A stretch of 61,579 nt of DNA, the filler included, from Bipalium vagum (lineage: Eukaryota), in assembly GCA_037834085.1 (NCBI GenBank). It is 3 parts of 3 records of this genome, joined end to end, with 100 filler letters (N's around TTAATTAATTAA, not from the genome) between each part and the next. Parts side by side here need not be neighbours in the genome. Positions count along the whole stretch, not along the records: positions 44,067 to 61,579 come from JBBMKC010062420.1; 2 more parts are not named here. One strand, written 5' to 3'. How positions within the stretch are numbered: the stretch's first letter is position 1; each line of letters starts with the position of its first letter. The notes under the pieces are model-generated. The model made no database searches. It saw only the letters and a list, made by a program, of their open reading frames with translations, and was not told the DNA's origin. Positions 52,648 through 61,579 of the stretch are shown here, in pieces. A program made the position numbers and the translations under genes.

Positions 52648-54256
52648 ATTAGTCGCGTATATGTGAGTGCTGAAAGTGAGTCTATTTAATAACAATATGT
52701 AATTTTATTGAGCAAAGTAATAAAGCATTTTTCAAAAATATTCAGTACAAAAGTTTTTGATATTTCCGACATTTTAACCTAGTTTTACATTAAGTATTTA
52801 AACAGCAATTTACGCAGTGATTCTGTTGCACTTTAAAACATTTGATAGACAAACTCTTAAAATACTAAAATAGGGTATCAAAACTAATGTGCAAAAGAGG
52901 TTATGAATTTTTAGTGGAAGATAAAGAGCGTTTAGTTAAAAAATATAAATGTTAAGTAAATACCTTTGCAAGATACAAAAAATTCATATGATTGAACAAC
53001 AGTGATGTAATTTAAAATAAGACTTAACTAGACAATTACACAGTTGTACGGAAATCAAATAATTCGTGGCAGTAAGTTATTGAGTAAAAACAAGTCAGGT
53101 TATGAAATAAGGCAATGCAAAGCAATTTTCTGGTATGTCAATTTCCGACTTCATGTAATAAAAGGTTAGAAGATCTTTGGTATGACTGTGATCTGTTTCT
53201 TTCAGTAAATAACTCACCTTCCAAATAAGAATGACAACCAAAGAACTTTGTTTTTCGTCACAGAATTTATATATATCTTCAAAAATAGAGAAACTCGGTA
53301 ATACTCACGACTATTGTTTTAAATAATATATCATTCTTTTCTTAAATGAAGCAAGAAATTGTAAATAATGGTTCATATTCTATTTACACTGTCAATATAA
53401 ATTATGGAGTTTCAAAAAGAGAGCAATAAAAACATTGAAAATATCCACGGGTATTTATACTAAAAGAGGACAACTGAAATATATATTTATGAAAAACCAA
53501 AAAATATATACATTAAAATAATTCTCAATCAATCAAAAAAATTATAATCAGGAGATGCCATATTTGGATGTAGAATAATCATTTAACCTATGGAGTCCAA
53601 ATGGATTTGTATATTCTTGTATGTGTTACGTATTGTCCTGATGAAATATCACCTTATTTCAATTGGCTAAACTTAATAACATTTATCTTTTATGGATCCA
53701 TTCAATTGCGAACATTTACTTACAGCATATATGTTGAAAGCAGTTCATAATAATTCTTTTGATGACAATTTTCACACTTACAATGTTATGTTTTTTTGAT
53801 GTAGTTCTGATTTTTGAACTGCTACCACAGACTTATATTTATATATATTTCTCATACTGTTTTTATTGTATGTGATTGTGGAAATAATATTGATCTCTTG
53901 TAACATATTTTTTAAGTTTGAATAATTCTTGTTTCGATGCAGTAAGCATATGCATGCAGAATTCAGATGATTTTATATATCTTCCAATTGAGGAATGGTT
54001 TAGATTTAACATAATCACAATTCCAGTTTTGTTAAATGGAGTTTTGTTTTCGATTAATGAATTGATTTTTTTTATTACGAAGTGAAAATGTTTTGCGCAG
54101 TGGTGAGATTTGAAGCCTCATATTTGCAGCACAAAATTTGTTAGGAGATACTCGAAAATATTATACTTTAACTGCATTCTTTTTGTGAGTTTCATATTTT
54201 TCATCGATTGTTTCTGTAGAATATTTTCTTTTTAACGTAAAACTATATAATCTTAC

Positions 54257-54357
54257 TTTTAGTATACCGTTTATTTTACGCACAGGCTTCCATCTGACTT
54301 CAACTGCTGTATTACTGATAGCAGAAGCAGTTATTGCAGTTGGCGGTTCCTCTGGCA
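54257..54357 (-). CDS. LAR-like receptor gene exon: first half of FN3 domain 2
   Basis: PEEPPTAITASAISNTAVEVRWKPVRKINGILK; ctgcag and gtaaga sites. Confidence 0.85.
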
Positions 54358-55009
54358 CTGCAGAAAACAGTGGATTAAAGTGAAATTTAATAAATTCATG
54401 AAAGTTATTTATAAAACAAATATTTTAAAAATGTATTTATATTTTTGCTTTCTGAATTTTATTTGAGACTAATACATTCAAAAGACCCCTATTAAATTAA
54501 CTTATAAATTAACCCCAGGTATAATAAGGAAGCGAGTAGCGTTGGTAATGAAATATAGACAATACGATCATGCACTCTGGTTAAAAGTGTGTAAAAATGA
54601 TTTCTATAAAACGATTTTTATTTAATTGATTTATTTTTATACGCGAGGCTTGTTTATTGGATGAAAGCTTTATATAAAAAAAGACTGCATCACATTTCTT
54701 CATTATGAAAGAGAAAACAATTATTTGCCTAGATCTGAAGGCCAAAGAGATAAACATCCTGCCAAATTAATAATATGGTCCGTTATTTCTATCAAAGAGC
54801 TTAAAAACTTTATATTTCAAACGGTGACATGAATTCGCAACAGTACATGATACAGTCTTGATACCTCGTTATCTGTATCTTTTGATATTTCATCTAGTGG
54901 AGAATGGTCCTATAAGCTGTTCACAAACTTAAACAAGATATTCTACTATGACGCTCATATTTAAGTGTTACTAACAATTTATGTGACAGAAGCCCAAAAT
55001 ACTGCAAAA

Positions 55010-56110
55010 CATACAATGGTCATCTTTTAGGGCTAGTTCTGGCAGAATATTTCCGAAGCACTTGATCAATGACATCAACTCCAAATTTACAGTTTCAAAT
55101 TACTCAGAATCGCAGCAGAATTGTATTTCAACACTTATATGAAATTAAAGATGTACTATGAGATTTTCAATATTTTTAAATGGTTATAAAGAACCTTCTT
55201 TTCTCTAATTATTTCAGGGAGTTCTTTTTTCATTTTTCCAAATTGTACCAGCAATTTGATTTTTTTGTTTCCTTAATTGTTATAAAATATTTATGGAGGT
55301 GACGTAATTATCACAAAAGATATTATAACCTTGGCTTGTAATAGGTTTCATTAATTTTAGGGGAGATTGAATCATTTGCTGCTCTACCCTCATTTTTTCT
55401 TAAGTGTGGAAATGCATTACATAAGTATTTAATCAGAAAATCAACAGCTAACAAATTCTTCATATATATTAACAATGTATTGGATACACTTACATCCATC
55501 TTTACAAGGTAATAACTGATCATCAATTGTAATATTCACACCAGAAATATAGAGTTCTTGACAGTTCTCAATAAAATAATTCCAAGCGATAGAAGAAAAC
55601 TTTATTGATAAATTCTTTTTCCTTTGTCCTTTCACTTGTCACATAAAATTTCATTATATCAAATAATACGAGACTATCACTTGTCATAGTTTTGATTAAT
55701 AATGAACAACCCCAAAATTTATCCTACATAATTGAAATTGGTAAAATTCTTCCTTGAATAACACTTCTTGCATTTAGAAGACGAATAAATGTATCTAATT
55801 CACACAGAACTATTGATCATTGACCAATTTGTTTAACTCTTTAATATTCAATATCCATTTTATAATGTTTCTCAACATTCATAATGTTTCATGGAAAAGT
55901 ACTCGAAATTATAAAAGATAACTTTCTACATTGATTCTTGTAATAGAATATGAAGCGGTACTGTTTTGAAGCACATTTGGAACATTTTGGAACTGTCTTC
56001 TTCCAGGATCTGCGACATTTGCATTCAGTAAATTCCAGTTGGTACCAGTTTCATCATTCAAACTTCCTGAAACTTGCATTTAATTTTCCTCAGATCTTGA
56101 TTGAATTAAG
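55010..56110 (-). mobile_element. piggyBac-like transposase pseudogene
   Basis: NCQELYISGVNITIDDQLLPCK.GCKCIQY, CDNYVTSI and KFGVDVIDQ motifs. Confidence 0.85.
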
Positions 56111-56538
56111 ATAGAAGGATTTTGTAATGTCTCGTAGTGTTTTGATAATTGTTAAATAAATTAAACAATGATCCCACATAATTAATTATATGTATCGATA
56201 TTACAAGGTAAATGTTTAAAAAGTTCTTTAAGGATCAATTGACGTATTTAGTAATAATTAATTAGTAATTATTAGTATTTATTAGTATTTTAGGTAGTAA
56301 TCCATTTTTTGTTTAAATTATCATAGATTTTTCAGAAAAATCTGCAGAAATTTTAATTTTAATTAATCAAATTAAAATAAACTTTTGAAATTAGATATCG
56401 TTTTTAAGTTATTTCTAATTAGTTTTCCAAATGCGCCAAGAGACACATTCCGTACTTTCAGTGTTATCATCAATAAAAATAAAAGATTGTATATACATTT
56501 TATGAAGATTTTATACGAATTAAATATTTGAGACTCAC

Positions 56539-56844
56539 AATCTTCTAATGTATCGAAATATGAAATTTTCCCGGCCTCCGATTTTCCTATGGAATTCGAT
56601 GACACGATCCATGTTTTATATTTGGTGAAGGGCTGCAGATTTATTATTGTATAACAATCATATCCTTTAGAATTTTTGGATGTCTTATCAAATTTAATTG
56701 AAATGGAATTGTTTTCGGATTTTGTTTCATAATTGATGATAAAATCTTCAATAACTGATGAATTATATGAAAACGACCAACAAACAGTGGCGGATGATGC
56801 TGATATGTCAGTGATTGATACATTACTTGTACTAGAGGGGATGC
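56539..56844 (-). CDS. LAR-like receptor gene exon: FN3 domain 1
   Basis: ITDISASSATVCW...YTIINLQPFTKYKTWIVSSNSIGKS; phase 1-1 exon. Confidence 0.85.
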
Positions 56845-57048
56845 CTAAAACGAAAAGGAGTATCATTTAATAAGTATTTCTCAGCAAATAAAGGAAATGT
56901 CAGCTATATTTTACAAAACAAAAGAATTTTAATTAATTTTATTAAATAATTTAGGAACAATTAAATTTCATATATTCAGACCGAAATTTTTTATCGAGGG
57001 ATATTGCAGTGACATGAAATCGTTGTAATGAAAATATAATTAAAAATA

Positions 57049-57700
57049 CAAGTTATGTTCAAAAAGCCGTGTCAGTGATAGTAAGTAAATAATTATTAAC
57101 ACATTATCAAAACTTTTTTTGTTAAAACATTAATATTATTTGTCACCTACAAAATAATCACCATTGCAACGAACAAATTGTCTCAATCTTTAAACTAGGG
57201 TTCGAAAAACCTCTTTCGTATTCATCAGGTGTGACTATTCATCAATTTTTTCTTCCTTAATCTCATCATCGGTGGTTTGAATAAACTATTTCATAGCCCA
57301 TTTCATCTTTCTAAAAAGAAAGAAATCGCATGGGGAGAGATTTGGAAAGTATAGTGGATGTGCCTTTCTGACAAGAAATCGTTGATCAATACCGACGCAC
57401 AAGGTCTTGTATTATCGCACAGAATATGGAACTTCCTCGATTGCCACAAATCTGGTCTTTTCTTTAAAAATTTTTCAAATAATCTCGTGAGAACATCTTT
57501 GTAAGGAAATTGGTCGACAGTTTGGCCTCCAGGAACAAATTCGTAGTGAATTAACCCTCTAATATCAACATGGGTGATAAGCATTCCCTTGATTTTTGAC
57601 TTCGGTTTTTTTGCTGGTGAAAATTTGGTTTCTGGCTCGTAAGCAAAGATTCAAGCTTCATTACCAGTGACAATCTTTTCAATAAAAAATGAATCTTATT
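57049..57700 (-). mobile_element. Mariner pseudogene, 3' half
   Basis: IVTGNEA and DIRGLIHYEFVPGGQTV...KKRPDLW...ILCDNTRP motifs. Confidence 0.85.
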
Positions 57701-58288
57701 CAAAGACTTCCAGAAATTCCTCAAAATTTTTTTTATCTAGCCTTTTTCTGATTATCAAAGTAAGTAAAGTTTGGAATATTTATCTTGGTCAATATAAAAA
57801 ATCTTCGAATCTTTTTATAATTTTTAATTTAATTTGTACTTTCAATAAAATATTAATATTGAAAATAATATTATTAAATTATTAAAAGTAATTTATTGTT
57901 TTTATAATAACAATAAATAGGGAACAGTGACAAAATCTTCATAAAGTGCTTGGAAATGTCGTTTTGAATCAATGAGATATAGAGGTTATAAATAAAATAG
58001 CAAAATACTGAAATAAGATGTGTATTTTCTTCAAATTGACATGTTCAAAAAATAATTATAAATTATTTATCATTATATTTTATGCAAGTGGTAAAGAATA
58101 GCAATGTTCAGATCATTTGTTTAGATGTTTTTATAAATTCTGGAAAATTCCTATAGATCAAAAATGATAGGAAAATTGAAAACTCTCCTTTTAACCGTCA
58201 TCACACCGTCGTGGTAAATAAATAAAATATAAAATTTTTTAAAATATTAAAAATATTTTTAATTAAAAAATTATATTAATTTAATTAC

Positions 58289-58405
58289 TTGATACTTTTA
58301 TTATTAATGTCTGAGATAATTGTGCTCCCACATCGTTCACAACTAGACATTTGTAATTTCCTTCATCCTCCGGCAATACATGGCGAATATCAAGGGTCGA
58401 TACAC
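58289..58405 (-). CDS. Ig-domain C-terminal exon of the same receptor gene (not in the ORF track)
   Basis: Minus strand reads VSTLDIRHVLPEDEGNYKCLVVNDVGAQLSQTLIIKVS (D-x-G-x-Y-x-C motif); phase-1 donor joins 56844. Confidence 0.85.
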
Positions 58406-59508
58406 CTCAATGGAAAACATAATAAAGTAATAAATAATTTATTAGCAAATATTAAATTAGTTTTCCATTTGCCAATTTTTTCCAATATAAAAAGATCAAA
58501 TAAATTTAATAATTCTTGATAGTCATTTTAAGTGCAAAATTTAGTTATAATTGAAAGAAAAGTACATTTTTAACAAATATTTTTAATTTTTTGTGAGTGC
58601 TTTGAATTTAATTAATAATTTTTTTTTATTTCCAAGAAAATTAGTATTTTCGTAACATCATTATTATTTGCTAGCATTTATTATATAATTATAATTTGAA
58701 TATTTCTTTATTAATATTTTTAATTAATTAATTTTATTTCAATTGAATATACGGTGATTATTTTGAAAGTATGCTTGAAATATAATGTGAAATAATTTGA
58801 AAATGTAACAAAATATTTAAAATAAATAAATAATCAAATAAAAATATTCAGCAAATATCATTTTAATATATATTAGTAAGTTAAATTAAAAATAATTAAC
58901 ACTTCAAAACCTTAAACTTTCTCTTTAATATTTATAAAATTTATTCTTAAAAAATTTACTATGTGAAAATATTTTAAATTTTCATTTGAATTATTTCTAA
59001 TTAGTTAATTATTTCATTTTTAAATTCTTGCTTTTAATTAATAAATAAAAATACAATTTCATTTTTGGATTTATGTTTGTAACCTAAAACTTTTTTCTTA
59101 AATTCTTTACACAACATTTTCTCTGGCGTTTTCCGTTCTCTCTCCCCTTTTATATCTTTTTCTCTTATTTTTTTTTAAAAGAAAACTATCAAATCTAAAA
59201 AGATTAAGTACAGCTTTCCTTTCTATTTTCGTGCAGCATATTTTTCAATTCTTTGAAAAATATCTCAGTAAACAGTAAAAGAAATAATTACTCTATTGAT
59301 ATAAGTAATTTGCCTAAACATGTTAGACATAAGTTCTAATTTTAATAATTATAGGAAGTTCAGTCATACCACGAAAAGTGTTTACGTAAATATCATAATT
59401 TCAATTTTAATGAAATTTATTATGAGAATAATTTACAATAATAAGACTAATTTTAATCAGCTACAATGAAGATGATAAATATTTATGATTAAAATAAAAC
59501 TAATCAGT

Positions 59509-60158
59509 AAGGCAACCAAGAAATGCAAAAGTTTCCTAAAAAGTGCAAAATTTCTTAAGAATAATGCGAAAAATGCAAATAATTCTAAAAAATGTATTTT
59601 TATAATTTACTTTGCAAAAACATTGCAGAAATTTTAAAACCTATTTAGAAAATTTTTTATTAAAAATTAGATATGGATTAAAAACTTTATTCAACTGTTC
59701 AGATATCGATATTTTTCAATCCGTTAAAAAAGAACTAAAATAATTCCCGAGACTTTCTGGTTTAAAATGTCTCTGAGCTCGAAGAATGACTTTTAGCATT
59801 AAAAATATTCTTTCGATTTGAATTGAAGTTAAGGAAAATTTCATAATATTAGAGTATTGGCTTGGAGATATATTTTGATTTTCGTATCCCATAATTTTTT
59901 TGGAAATCGAATTTTTCTAATCTTGATTTAAATTTATTGGGTCTTTATCAAAATTCATTTAAATTAGTTAATAATTAATGATAATAACGTATTATTAATA
60001 AATCAATAATTATTACTTGTAATTATTTAAAATTTTACCTTTTAATATTTATTATTTAAACAAAAATAAATTTATAAATTGGATTTTTTGAATTTAATAA
60101 TGCAAAAATATTTCAAAATAATAATTCAAAAAGTGCAAAACATGCATTTGATTGCCAT
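59509..60158. mobile_element. Probable non-autonomous MULE-like element
   Basis: 10-bp direct repeat actaatcagt at 59499-59508 and 60159-60168; imperfect TIRs (ggcaacc..aaatgca / tgcattt..attgcc); internal aa(a/g)tgcaaa repeats. Confidence 0.55.
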
Positions 60159-61507
60159 ACTAATCAGTCTTTTATTTTAAATATCATATAATATTATGTA
60201 TAATTATATATATGTATGATTTTAATTAAAGAAGTATTTATAATTTATAATTAAATTACGTCAATAAATTTACAATAAAATAAGTTTAAAATTTTATGGT
60301 GTGATAATTAAAATCTGATTTGTGGTAGAAAATAAAATTATAAATTTTTAAAATGAAGGTGGTATTAATAAGAATTTAGAATATTTTTTTTTATAAAAGT
60401 TTATTTTTTATTTTAATAGAAAACAATTTTTTAAACATTCGCGGCTTACAAATCCACCATAAAATAAAAACTGTTTTATTTTACTAATTAAAAATTTAAG
60501 TTACGAAAATAAAATAATGATTTTTGTTATTTAATATAAAATGATATTTTCTTTATTTAATATATAATTTAATTAAATAACGATGAACACGGGAAAGAAG
60601 TTTAATTTTTCTGTCGAGTACTGAAGTATTTAAACAAAAAAAAGTTGGTTATTTTTCCGGTTTACTTACTTAAATATGAAATAAATGAAAATAAAAACAT
60701 TAATAGAAATACCAGAATAAAAATGTGAAATTGGTAAAATATTCAATAGTTATCAATTGATATATTTAAACAATAATTAAAGAATCTTCGACCAATTTTT
60801 CAATTTCATGAGTTTTATTAGTTAGGTTCAATATTATTAATTTGATTTTCAATTCTGATTACTTCAATATTGATTTAATTCTATTATTTAATTTCACTAT
60901 TTACCTATTAACGTTATTTTATTTTGAAAATTTTTGCATTTTACCAAATAAAAGTTTGCATTTCATATTTGACAACCTAATAATTGATATTATTTAGCTT
61001 ATGATTAAAAAATTAAAAATTCACATGGTTTGACAATAAATCTTTTTATTTATAAAGATAATGAAAAGTTAAATTGTAAACTTTAATAGAAAATTTTATG
61101 ATATTTATGAGGTAAAGCGTAAACCATTGAAAATTGAAAAGAAGTACTTTCATTATACATTTAAACAATGTATTTTATTCATAATAAAATTCAAAATCAG
61201 GTTTATTCGCGTAAGATAAAATCGCTAAAAGAAATAACAAATTATAAACCATTTAACACATCATTCCTTATTTCCTTGAACATTCTTACTTTATATTCTT
61301 TACCAAAATTTGGATGGTAATAAATAATACAATATGAAAGATACATGAAGACACTTTTCGCCGATTCCTTTATCCATATCAGGCATAAAGAATATTTACC
61401 ACATAAATTCAATATCGGAAATAGGTTTGTGGTTTTCATATTTCGTAACAACTTATCCATTTTTTATTCATTATTATTTATACTTTCAATTTTTTGTACT
61501 TAATTCA

Positions 61508-61538
<31 letters not shown>

Positions 61539-61579
61539 ATTATTATGATTATTATGATTATTATTATTATTATTATTAT

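Noticed and set aside
61242-61460. 72-aa minus-strand ORF as a further receptor exon
   Set aside because: No Ig or FN3 motif and no convincing splice sites

Overview
Very AT-rich invertebrate (metazoan) nuclear DNA; the species cannot be determined from sequence alone. It is not one locus: two 100-bp linkers (44 N + TTAATTAATTAA + 44 N) join three scaffolds (1-22090, 22191-43966, 44067-61579). Scaffold 1 is mostly decayed DNA transposons (mariner, maT, Tc1/rosa, Merlin, Chapaev-like, MITEs), with fragments of a possible decayed sacsin-like gene. Scaffold 2 holds an intronless divergent kinesin light chain gene, a degenerate chuvirus-type glycoprotein insertion and the 3' part of a TMEM131 gene (minus strand) with an IS630/Tc1 transposase in an intron. 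Scaffold 3 holds four Ig/FN3 exons of a LAR-like receptor gene (minus strand) with transposon-filled introns. The standout is a complete 359-bp miniature LTR retroelement (TRIM) at 1272-1630. Its two 115-bp TG...CA LTRs each contain a whole tRNA-Ala gene body, and it has an 18-nt tRNA primer-binding site, a polypurine tract and a 5-bp target-site duplication, nested inside a mariner. All family assignments are by eye from remembered motifs, not database searches.
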